From contig CAZWQW010000016.1 in assembly GCA_964635955.1 (NCBI GenBank), forward strand, positions 1-43,786: a DNA stretch of 43,786 nt, read 5' to 3'. The notes under the pieces are model-generated. The model was not told the DNA's origin. It made no database searches and saw nothing but the letters and a program-made list of their open reading frames with translations. This stretch comes from an uncultured bacterium. Lineage in GTDB: Bacteria > Latescibacterota > MWCZ01. Of this stretch, positions 1-7,120 are shown in pieces; within the stretch, counting starts at the first letter, position 1, and each line of letters starts with the position of its first letter. A program made the translations under genes and the position numbers.

Positions 1-1
1 A

Positions 2-1243
2 CGATTCCCCGACGCTGTTCCCCTTGGAGACGTGCGAAAAATTACGGCCGAAACTTTGGGCGACGCCGGCGGCGGGGGCTGCGGTCGGGAGCCACGGCGG
101 AGGAATGGGGCGGAGCCTCAGGACGGACATAGCCGAGTGGAAAAAGACTGGATCATCGCCGGCGGATTCCCCTGTCAAGACATCTCCTGTGCGGGTAAGG
201 GTGCCGGGATCACTGGCGAACGATCCGGCCTATGGTTCGAGTATGCGCGTCTCATTGGCGAGTTACGACCGAGATTCGCGGTCATGGAAAACGTCGGCGC
301 TCTCACTCGACGGGGGCTTGATTCCGTTCTCGGGAGCCTTGCCGAAATCGGGTATGATGCGGAATGGGCGGATATTCGCGCTTCCGACGTTGGAGCGCCG
401 CACCGGAGAGAACGGATATGGATTGTTGCCCACCCAAGAAAAATGGGATACCCCGTCCTGTGCGGATGCCAACCCGAGGGCGTTAAACAGGAAAGGGCCA
501 TATTTCGGGAAAGGTCAAAAGCATTTACAGGCTCAGATTTTCAACAAGATGTGGCCGACACCCAAAACCCCGACGGGCGGCGGGCAGGTGGAACGGACGA
601 CTCCGGGCGGCGGCATCCGGAAGCTGGAAGACGCTGTTTCGGCGGAACTCGGATACCCGACTGGGCAGTTGAACCCGACGTTTGTGGAATGGCTGATGGG
701 CTATCCTCGAGATTGGACGGAGGTTTGAATGGTAAAGGAATGGATCCCATGGGCTGTTCGTCTGGAAAATCAGAAAACAGAGTGCGAAAAGTGTGGGGGC
801 AAGTCGCGTCTCGGCTTGCATCACAAGGACAGGGATCGGATGAACAACTCGCCCGAGAACTTGCAGACGCTTTGCCCGAAGTGTCACACATCTATTCATT
901 GGGCAGAGGGCAAGAAAGCATGGCGACGGCATCCCGCTTTGTGCAGCGTATGCGGAAAGCCTGCGAAGCGAATGGGGTTGTGCGAGACGCATCGGAGTCG
1001 ATTGCTTCGGCATGGGAGTCCCTTTTTCCGCAAGATCAAAATAGGTGCTTCCTGGCAGCTTATGGACGAGCGGACTGGCCTACAGGCGAATGGCTTGGAG
1101 TTGATCGAGTAGTGACCGGAGTACCCTCTCTGGTGGACAGACTTAAATGCCTCGGTAATGCCATTGTCCCTCAAATCGCCTACTTGATTTTCAGCCAACC
1201 CATTTTCGATGAATGGAGAAAAGCAAGCCCATGCCCCAAATAG
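2..1243 (+). pseudogene. DNA (cytosine-5) methyltransferase, disrupted. It is open to the window edge, changes frame at the A5 run 439-443, and is interrupted by an HNH gene between motifs IX and X.
   Basis: Frame 2 carries GFPCQDIS (motif IV), ENVGAL (VI) and APHRRERIWIVA (VIII). Frame 0, up to TGA 726-728, carries WDTP/WPTP target-recognition repeats and NPTFVEWLMGYPRDWT (IX). Frame 2 resumes from 1112 with VTGVPSLVDRLKCLGNAIVPQIA (X). Motif I (FxGxG) is not in the window. Confidence 0.75.
729..1112 (+). CDS. HNH homing-type endonuclease
   Basis: 127-aa ORF with CEKCGG...LHHKDRDRMNNSPENLQTLCPKCHTSIH (an HNH motif with Cys pairs). The ATG directly follows the TGA of the methylase fragment. 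Confidence 0.85.
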   Translation: MVKEWIPWAVRLENQKTECEKCGGKSRLGLHHKDRDRMNNSPENLQTLCPKCHTSIHWAEGKKAWRRHPALCSVCGKPAKRMGLCETHRSRLLRHGSPFFRKIKIGASWQLMDERTGLQANGLELIE

Positions 1244-1428
1244 GCGACCCCCACGACAACTACCTCCTCGACTCCGCCGCCTACGAGCGATTCGCCGACG
1301 GCCCATTACCCGCCCGCGAACCCTGGCCCGATCCGGTGGACGCGGCGAGAGACCGAGAATGGGAAAAATCCGGGAGAGATCCCGCTATCAAAAACCAAAA
1401 GGAGACCCACGAACCATGTCCGACCTGA
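1231..1428 (+). CDS. hypothetical small protein
   Basis: ATG 1231 lies in the ORF-track frame 1213..1428. Third-position GC is strong by eye. The ORF overlaps the SSB start by 13 nt. Confidence 0.45.
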   Translation: MPQIGDPHDNYLLDSAAYERFADGPLPAREPWPDPVDAARDREWEKSGRDPAIKNQKETHEPCPT

Positions 1429-1829
1429 ACCGCGTTACCCTCATCGGCCGCCTCACCCGAGACGCCGAGTACAAAACCCTTCCGACCGGAACCGCGCTTT
1501 GCAATTTTTCTATCGCCGTCGGGAAATCCATTCCTCCCAAAAACGGTGGAGAATGGCAAAACGAAACCAGTTTTTTCGACGTGACCATTTGGGGAAAACT
1601 CGCCGAAACGAAAGCTCCGAACCTGAAAAAAGGAAAACAGGTTGCAATTGACGGCGAACTCCGACAGGAGCGATGGGAGAAGGACGGCCAACAACATTCC
1701 CGCGTCAAGATCAACGCCGAATCGGTCCAGCTTCTCGCGGACCCGAAAGGCGCGTCGACGGCAGGAGGAGGACCGCAAGCGGCCGAACCGGGAAAGCCGG
1801 GCGCGTTTGAAGATGATATTCCGTTTTGA
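1416..1829 (+). CDS. ssb: single-stranded DNA-binding protein
   Basis: ATG 1416 is preceded by AAAGGAGA. The OB-fold N-terminus reads NRVTLIGRLTRDAEYKTLPTGTALCNFSIAV, followed by a Gly/Pro-rich linker and the canonical acidic tip DDIPF. Confidence 0.9.
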   Translation: MSDLNRVTLIGRLTRDAEYKTLPTGTALCNFSIAVGKSIPPKNGGEWQNETSFFDVTIWGKLAETKAPNLKKGKQVAIDGELRQERWEKDGQQHSRVKINAESVQLLADPKGASTAGGGPQAAEPGKPGAFEDDIPF

Positions 1830-1842
1830 GGGAGGCCCAGCC

Positions 1843-2500
1843 ATGACCGCATCTATCCTTTTCGCCGGTAAAAACTACCACCCCGGCCCGTGCCGCTGTT
1901 ATTATTGCGGCGCGCCGTGTTCCTCCGACCATCTCACGGCCGACTACGTCAAGGACACGTTCACCAACCGCGACATAGTAAAATTCCCCGGATCGGCCCA
2001 TGTGTGCTCCGGGTGCGCCGAATCCCTCGGCCAAGGCGCGGACGAACTTGCAATGATCGACGGCACGACGAAGCACCGCGAAAACTCACGCGGCATGCAA
2101 CCCCGCATGTACTCGTGGGTGCTTACGTCGTCCTCTCGTCTCGCGGCGACAAAGGCGCATATTCGGCACCTGCGGGAAGCGGTCCTCAATCCGCCAGAAC
2201 CGCCGTTTTCCATCATCCTCGCGGATTCAGGGCAAAAACAGCTCATCTTCCGCGCTCCCGTCGCCATGAGCAGAGAGGAATTCCCCGTCATGCTTGAGGA
2301 TTCGGAAATCCTCGTCCGCCCCGAACTCCTCGTGGAACGTCTCGCCCTCGCCGGCCTACGGCTACCTCGGCGGCGGCAGGTGGAAACGCGACCGCTTGCG
2401 AACACATTCCCTCGCGGGATCAACCGCCGACGGTATGGGCCGCACCGAATGGGAGCGCGAATATTACCCCGACATCCTGGCGAGAATCCAAAAAAAATAA
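1843..2500 (+). CDS. hypothetical Cys-rich protein with an apparent internal frame switch near 2330-2345
   Basis: ATG 1843 follows GGAGG. The N-terminus has CRCYYCGAPC...CSGC. Codon bias moves from frame 1 to frame 2 before the TAA at 2498-2500. The frame-1 continuation to 2601 runs into an AT-rich promoter region. Confidence 0.5.
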
Positions 2501-2587
2501 CATATCTCCTCATCCTGCAAGCAATTACCGCAAACTTAGCCTACCCTAATAATCCTGCAAAAATCGTAAAATTATTTGATTATTTAG

Positions 2588-2616
2588 TTGACAAAACCTA
2601 ACGATAGGTATATATT
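2588..2616 (+). promoter_or_regulatory. sigma70-type promoter with a palindromic operator (cassette copy 1)
   Basis: TTGACA (2588-2593), a 17-nt spacer, then TATATT (2611-2616). The spacer contains ACCTAacgaTAGGT (2596-2609). GAGGAGG and ATG 2646 lie downstream. Confidence 0.6.
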
Positions 2617-2645
2617 ATATATAAGAGTGATTGAGGAGGACGAAA

Positions 2646-2900
2646 ATGAATAGACCTACCAGGACTGCACGGACAGACAAAATACACGATCAGGTAAAAA
2701 TCTGGATCGAGGGTCATGTCGACTATTTACAAAGCTCAAAATTTGATACCGATGTAACGTCAAGCGGAATGAAGACCTGGTCTGATTGGGTATCTTCCTC
2801 GATTGGACCTAATCTTACTGGGATCGGTGCCTTAACAGCCGATGAGATCACTCGCGTGTGCGATGACACCGCTGCATTGATAGCCATTCACACCGCATAG
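2646..2900 (+). CDS. hypothetical protein (AT-rich island)
   Basis: ATG 2646 lies 6 nt after GAGGAGG. It is in frame with track ORF 2631..2900. Confidence 0.6.
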   Translation: MNRPTRTARTDKIHDQVKIWIEGHVDYLQSSKFDTDVTSSGMKTWSDWVSSSIGPNLTGIGALTADEITRVCDDTAALIAIHTA

Positions 2901-2914
2901 ATAAGGATAAAAAT

Positions 2915-3208
2915 ATGTATGCATTAATCATTAAGGGGATTGACAATTATTTTATCAAAAATGAATACGCGGATTTATCCACCGCGAAATTACACGCAGC
3001 AATGGAATACCGAAAATCGGAAGTTAGGCACTACTCCATTTTTAATGGCGAAGAAATTATCGAAGAGAAAAACAAACCTTTCGGACCAATTTCATCCTCA
3101 GAAGCCGCCGCCACCCTCGGAGCTATCAGCACCCCGAAAAAAGCCGCTACGTCAGCGGAGAACGGGAAGAAGGGCGGAAGGCCAAAAAAGCCCGTCGCCG
3201 ACAAATAA
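2915..3208 (+). CDS. hypothetical protein with a basic GRPKK tail
   Basis: 97-aa ORF with an AAGGA ribosome-binding site upstream. The C-terminus reads KKGGRPKKPV. Confidence 0.6.
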   Translation: MYALIIKGIDNYFIKNEYADLSTAKLHAAMEYRKSEVRHYSIFNGEEIIEEKNKPFGPISSSEAAATLGAISTPKKAATSAENGKKGGRPKKPVADK

Positions 3209-3226
3209 TCGTGTTATAATTTTCCG

Positions 3227-3305
3227 GGCGGCCAAGTGCGGCTAACCGTCACGCCGGGGGAAACCCCTAAGTGCGCGCGCTGTCACACGGCCGCCCGGTT
3301 TTTTT
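3227..3305 (+). ncRNA. candidate small structured RNA with an intrinsic terminator
   Basis: A perfect extended -10 element TGTTATAAT lies at 3212-3220. A 10-bp GC stem pairs CCGGGCGGCC (3224-3233) with GGCCGCCCGG (3289-3298) and is followed by T7 (3299-3305). The stem encloses 55 nt that contain a GGGGaaaCCCC hairpin. Confidence 0.35.
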
Positions 3306-3380
3306 GTCTTGAAAAGAAACGTCTGTATAGTAGTTTATCCTGAAATTCCGCGAAAAAAGCATAAAACCTATCGAATATAT

Positions 3381-3409
3381 TTGACAATACCTATCTGATA
3401 GGTTATTAT
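3381..3409 (+). promoter_or_regulatory. sigma70-type promoter with a palindromic operator (cassette copy 2)
   Basis: TTGACA (3381-3386), a 17-nt spacer, then TATTAT (3404-3409). The spacer contains ACCTATCtGATAGGT (3389-3403). The leader shares AAGAGT...GGAGG..CGAAAATG with copy 1. Confidence 0.6.
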
Positions 3410-3437
3410 TATACTATCAAGAGTAGGGAGGCCGAAA

Positions 3438-3701
3438 ATGAAGATAGGAAAGTGGGAAAAGAACGGGATGCAACGGGTTTATATAAATGGACTTTTAAGC
3501 CAGGACGAGAAGGCTTGGTTTGAAAAAGGAAGCGACGGAAAGGTCGAATTGAGAACGAAGGCCTTTTCACGCCCTTCGACCGTTCTCTCCATGCTCAAAG
3601 AATCCTCCGGCGAGCAGGCCATCGAAGAGTGCCTCCCCGACCTCCCGATCGTGACCTTTCGGACGATGGGTTTTGACGAGTTTTGGACTCTGGTGAAGTG
3701 A
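3438..3701 (+). CDS. hypothetical protein
   Basis: 87-aa ORF preceded by a GGGAGG ribosome-binding site. Confidence 0.6.
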   Translation: MKIGKWEKNGMQRVYINGLLSQDEKAWFEKGSDGKVELRTKAFSRPSTVLSMLKESSGEQAIEECLPDLPIVTFRTMGFDEFWTLVK

Positions 3702-3717
3702 GAAAAAGGAGGACGCT

Positions 3718-4110
3718 ATGAACTGCCCGCATTGTGGAAAAGAAATTTCTGTCGCCTATATCGCGGCCGACATGGGAAAGAAAACGAGCGCCGCGAAGAC
3801 CTCGGCTAACCGCGAGAAGGCGAACCTGCCGCCCAAGCCGGGAAAGAACGAACGCGGACGGCCTCGCGCCTACCACCTAATAGGCTACGTTATCACCGCG
3901 ACCGGCAAGCTCTCGCGGAACGGTCTCGCAAAAGGCCTAAGCGCCGAGGAGAAAAAAACCATCCTTGACGCCTACCACGCGGGCGACCTCCGTCGGGCGA
4001 CGGTCAAGGCCAAGAGGTATTGGCACAATATGAAACATGACCCGGAGTTGACGGCCGATGAAGAGGCGGGGCTGGCGGAAATCTTGAAGAAGAAGGGTGA
4101 GAGGAAATGA
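3718..4110 (+). CDS. hypothetical protein with an N-terminal zinc ribbon
   Basis: 130-aa ORF beginning MNCPHCGKEI, with an AAGGAGG ribosome-binding site upstream. Confidence 0.6.
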   Translation: MNCPHCGKEISVAYIAADMGKKTSAAKTSANREKANLPPKPGKNERGRPRAYHLIGYVITATGKLSRNGLAKGLSAEEKKTILDAYHAGDLRRATVKAKRYWHNMKHDPELTADEEAGLAEILKKKGERK

Positions 4111-4286
4111 ACAGGTACGAAATAGACGGGATGTATTATGAGGCATCCAACGAATACGCCGCGGTTAAAGCGGCTTACAAAATGGCTCATCATATTGAGT
4201 TCGGCAGATATTTGGAAAACGAAGCCTGGGAATACTGGGTGATTTTCTCCCATGGGAAAGCCCGGGTGATAGCATCCAAGTCGTAA
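4107..4286 (+). CDS. hypothetical 59-aa protein (below the ORF-track cutoff)
   Basis: ATGA start/stop overlap with the upstream gene at 4107-4110. Translation: MNRYEIDGMYYEASNEYAAVKAAYKMAHHIEFGRYLENEAWEYWVIFSHGKARVIASKS. Confidence 0.45.
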   Translation: MNRYEIDGMYYEASNEYAAVKAAYKMAHHIEFGRYLENEAWEYWVIFSHGKARVIASKS

Positions 4287-4303
4287 GCGACCCTAAAGCC
4301 CGC

Positions 4304-4828
4304 CTAATCGCAGGCCTCTTCCCCCTCCTCCCGGCCCTCCTCCGCCCCCTTCATCAGCACCTTCCAGTTGACTTTCCCGCTCCGCATCCGGTTCACGAAA
4401 ACCCGCGTCGCCTTTTCCTCTTTCTCATCCCGAAACGCAAACACGCTCACGGTTCCTCCCGCCGCGAGCGTCTTCATGATCTTTTCCCGCGTCACGATCA
4501 CCCGCCCGTCGACCTTGAGCGATTGATACCCAAACTCCACGCGGGCCTCCGCCTCCTCTTTCCTCTCGTCGGTCAATTTCGGATAGGCGAGCTCGTAAAA
4601 TTCCTGATACGTCAATTTCGGCAATGCCTTGAGCGCCCGCCGGTCGCCGATCTTCTGCGCGACCTTGTTAAAAATCCGCAGTTTCGACATATCTTTTTCG
4701 ATCTTAAACCCCGCGTGAAACAGCTCCTCCCGGTAACGCATGAACGCCTCGCCGATTGCGAGGTCATCATAAAGAGCCGAAATTCTCTTATTAAACATCG
4801 TTCCCGCGTGAATCAAATATTGTTCCAT
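4304..4828 (-). CDS. hypothetical protein, divergent from the RHH gene (regulator candidate by position only)
   Basis: 174-aa ORF with no Shine-Dalgarno sequence. TATAAT lies 5 nt upstream of the ATG. Confidence 0.6.
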   Translation of the reverse strand: MEQYLIHAGTMFNKRISALYDDLAIGEAFMRYREELFHAGFKIEKDMSKLRIFNKVAQKIGDRRALKALPKLTYQEFYELAYPKLTDERKEEAEARVEFGYQSLKVDGRVIVTREKIMKTLAAGGTVSVFAFRDEKEEKATRVFVNRMRSGKVNWKVLMKGAEEGREEGEEACD

Positions 4829-4849
4829 TCTAAATTATATCGTTTACAT

Positions 4850-4941
4850 TTACACTGTAACTCATCGTAATACAATTATCAATACTTTAATAAAATTATT
4901 TTTCTGCTTGACACTTATGCTACAGTATGCTACAGTGTAGC
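4850..4941. promoter_or_regulatory. divergent promoter/operator region
   Basis: The core TACAGTGTA occurs in inverted orientation at 4850-4860 (TTACAcTGTAA) and 4929-4941 (GCTACAgTGTAGC). Each copy supplies a TACAGT -10 element. The -35 elements are TTGACA 4908-4913 (rightward) and TTGATA 4882-4877 (leftward). ATGCTACAGT is repeated directly at 4917-4936. Confidence 0.55.
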
Positions 4942-4963
4942 TAACGGTAGCAGAGAGGCAAAA

Positions 4964-5212
4964 ATGAAAAAAACAATCAATAAAAAAACAAAAGACGAAT
5001 TAAAGGCTGGAACATCTATTAGGCTTGCCAATGAAACTAAAAAGTTCATAGCTGAAGATGCGAAACGTTCAGGCCGCACGCCGTCCGACGAATTCCGCTA
5101 TCTTCTCTCCCTCGGCATCGAACAAGCGAAAAAGGAAAAAAAGGTTATCGACGCGGTTCGGGCCGGAAAAACACAAATCGACGTAACCGCCCTTGAGACG
5201 GTTGGGGCATGA
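4964..5212 (+). CDS. ribbon-helix-helix (CopG/Arc-like) DNA-binding protein
   Basis: TSIRLANETKKFIAEDAKRSGRTPSDEFRYLLSLGIE fits the beta-strand/helix/helix pattern of the RHH family. Confidence 0.6.
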   Translation: MKKTINKKTKDELKAGTSIRLANETKKFIAEDAKRSGRTPSDEFRYLLSLGIEQAKKEKKVIDAVRAGKTQIDVTALETVGA

Positions 5213-5601
5213 GCATGAACGGCATGACCATCAAGCAAATCGCCGAAGTTGCGAACGTATCGGAATCGACGGTAAGAAACTGGATAAAGACAGCATCCGC
5301 AAAAACTGCGGGTTTATCCGCAAAAACTGCGGATGCCCAAGACGGGAAAGAGCCCATCGCCATCACCCCGCCCGCCCCCCTCGACACGTCCGTCCGCCTC
5401 GCGGAACTCGCCGACCTCGCCCGCACCGGCCGCAAGGTGCCCGCCGCCCAGCTCGCCGAGGCCGTGGAAATCGCCCGCCACTTTCAGGAAGAACGCCACG
5501 CCCTCGAAGTGGAAATCCTAAAATGCGTCGAGCAGATTGAAATTCTCTGCTCCGACATCCCGGTAGTGCCGACCGCCGAGGTCGTGGAACGTGGCCGGTA
5601 A
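5209..5601 (+). CDS. helix-turn-helix DNA-binding protein
   Basis: MTIKQIAEVANVSESTVRNWI is a MerR/excisionase-type HTH motif. ATGA overlap with the upstream gene. Confidence 0.6.
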   Translation: MSMNGMTIKQIAEVANVSESTVRNWIKTASAKTAGLSAKTADAQDGKEPIAITPPAPLDTSVRLAELADLARTGRKVPAAQLAEAVEIARHFQEERHALEVEILKCVEQIEILCSDIPVVPTAEVVERGR

Positions 5602-5800
5602 ACTTGTCAAGCCGCCAACAGTCGCCGAGCGCCTCGGGATCAGTGACCGCACCTTGAGGCGATGGGTAGAGCGCGGCGTCCTCGGGCAACTTCCCGGCAC
5701 GCATCGTTTCACCCTCTCGGAAATCGAGCGCGTAGAAAATTGGATGTCAACGCCCCTGACGCCCGAAGAGCGCCGAAGGGGGAGGAGAACGAGTACATGA
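5591..5800 (+). CDS. helix-turn-helix (MerR/excisionase-like) protein
   Basis: PTVAERLGISDRTLRRWVERGVL...RFTLSEIERV. GTG start. Confidence 0.6.
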   Translation: MAGKLVKPPTVAERLGISDRTLRRWVERGVLGQLPGTHRFTLSEIERVENWMSTPLTPEERRRGRRTST

Positions 5801-6015
5801 GTGAAGCAATCATCAATCGAAATTCCATAACCAACCCCGCGCCCTTGCAGCTCACCCTTGCGCCCGTGACGCCGCCCGTCACCGAAACGACGCGCCGCCA
5901 TGCCTTCCTCGCGGCCCCGACGCCGGGCGGCCGCACCATTCGCGCGGTGCTGGAATCTTGCGGCGTCGGCTTCGATCCTTTCGGTCGGCCGGTTGTCCGG
6001 GGAGGTGCAAAATGA
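5797..6015 (+). CDS. hypothetical protein
   Basis: ATG 5797 lies in an ATGA overlap, after GGGGGAGGAG. Confidence 0.45.
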   Translation: MSEAIINRNSITNPAPLQLTLAPVTPPVTETTRRHAFLAAPTPGGRTIRAVLESCGVGFDPFGRPVVRGGAK

Positions 6016-6155
6016 CGCGCCCGCTTTCCTCCTGGTCCGCCCCGATGAAGCGCCGCCCCCTGTTCTACGGCCGCGCGGGACTGCTCCGGTTCGTTTTCGT
6101 CCTCGTCGTGTCCTTCGCTCTGGCTTTCGGCCTCATGGCCTATATCGGTCTGTAA
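6012..6155 (+). CDS. small membrane protein
   Basis: ATGA overlap at 6012-6015. C-terminal hydrophobic helix LLRFVFVLVVSFALAFGLMAYIGL. Confidence 0.45.
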   Translation: MTRPLSSWSAPMKRRPLFYGRAGLLRFVFVLVVSFALAFGLMAYIGL

Positions 6156-6177
6156 ATCGTTTTAATGGAGGATTCCC

Positions 6178-6447
6178 ATGATGGAACTATTTTTCGGTAA
6201 GCGCGGCGGCAATCGCGGCGACGACAGCCCGCGCAAAAACCTACCCGGCACAACGCGAAACTGTCACATTTTCTCCCGCGCCTACGACGCCGAAAACCCC
6301 GGCCCCGGTCGCCCGCTCACGGTACGGGCGGCCGGTTGCGCCGAATGTGTCCACGGCGGCACCGGGTTCGGCTGTTCTCGGGCCTGTCCGTATTACGGCA
6401 CGTCGGAAATGCGGAGAACGCCGGTATTGGCGGCGGTGGCGGGATGA
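6178..6447 (+). CDS. hypothetical Cys-containing protein
   Basis: GGAGG ribosome-binding site. Third-position GC is high by eye. Confidence 0.5.
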   Translation: MMELFFGKRGGNRGDDSPRKNLPGTTRNCHIFSRAYDAENPGPGRPLTVRAAGCAECVHGGTGFGCSRACPYYGTSEMRRTPVLAAVAG

Positions 6448-6728
6448 CCTTCGGCGTAGGCAATGAACGCCGCAACGAATTCGGCCTATTGTATTACCCG
6501 ATCATCCGCGACATCGACGGCGGGAAACTCGTCGGCACGGCCTACGACCGCGAGACGGCGAATCTTTTCGCGGCGGCCCCGGAACTGCTGGCGTTTTGCG
6601 AAAAACTGCTTGCGGCGATGCATCAGCGCGAGGCGGCCGGGTATTGTAGCGCGGACGTGTGGCTGTCATGTAAGGCGTTCACCGCCTTGAGAGATGCGGT
6701 CGGAAAAGCCAAAGGCGGCCGCACGTGA
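6444..6728 (+). CDS. hypothetical protein
   Basis: ATGA overlap at 6444-6447. It lies in the frame of track ORF 6336..6728. Confidence 0.5.
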   Translation: MTFGVGNERRNEFGLLYYPIIRDIDGGKLVGTAYDRETANLFAAAPELLAFCEKLLAAMHQREAAGYCSADVWLSCKAFTALRDAVGKAKGGRT

Positions 6729-6877
6729 CCCAAGGCGACCTATTCGCCCCGCCGGCGACACCGCAATCCGCGACGGGGCAAGAGCAGGCCGTTTTTTCCC
6801 CGACCCGGTTGCCGGGAATGGATGCGTACCTCACCGGCGTCCTGGTGCAGGAAGGGGAGTATGAGTATTTAATTCCC

Positions 6878-6949
6878 GGGGCCGTAGCTCAGCGGTAGAG
6901 CGCCCGCCCTGCAAGCGGGAGTCCGCCGGTTCGATTCCGGCCGGTTCCA
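6878..6949 (+). tRNA. tRNA-Ala (anticodon TGC)
   Basis: Hand-folded cloverleaf. Acceptor GGGGCCG/CGGTTCC includes the G3:U70 Ala identity pair. D arm is GCTC..GAGC. Anticodon arm is CCCGC-CCTGCAA-GCGGG. T arm is GCCGG-TTCGATT-CCGGC. Position 33 is C rather than U. Confidence 0.8.
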
Positions 6950-7047
6950 AACTAAACAGGAGGGTAATTGTATGCGGCCCCCGTCGAATGTCTCGGCGAC
7001 CCGAGAGGTAGCTAAGGGAAAAGGGGCCTGCGAAAAACGAAATGCTT

Positions 7048-7120
7048 GGTGGGTGAGTGAAACGGTTTCCACGCCGGTCTCATAAGCCGAAAACAGCGGG
7101 TTCGACTCCCGCACCCGCCT
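7048..7120 (+). tRNA. tRNA-Met or tRNA-Ile2 (anticodon CAT)
   Basis: Acceptor GGTGGGT/ACCCGCC. Anticodon loop CTCATAA (CAT at 7081-7083). T arm GCGGG-TTCGACT-CCCGC. The D stem is weak, about 3 bp. Confidence 0.7.

Noticed and set aside
24-728. Track ORF 24..728 as an independent 234-aa gene, and the middle of 32..1243 (about 445-1090, frame 2) as genuine methylase sequence
   Set aside because: Only the 3' part of frame 0 (about 440-728) carries recognisable methylase motifs. The frame-2 middle has none and overlaps the clearly genuine HNH ORF. Long open off-frames are expected in GC-rich DNA. The WATP-like peptide in frame 0 at 57-140 is noted, but it is too weak to interpret.
729-1112. The HNH insertion as a group I intron or an intein
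   Set aside because: The ~398-nt insert is almost entirely the HNH ORF, leaving no room for a ribozyme core. The flanking exon-like parts are in different frames and are separated by stop codons, which rules out an intein.
1642-2601. Full-length track ORF 1642..2601 (319 aa)
   Set aside because: Its 5' part overlaps the SSB gene in another frame. ATG 1843 has the ribosome-binding site. The 3' part beyond ~2340 has poor codon bias and crosses an AT-rich promoter.
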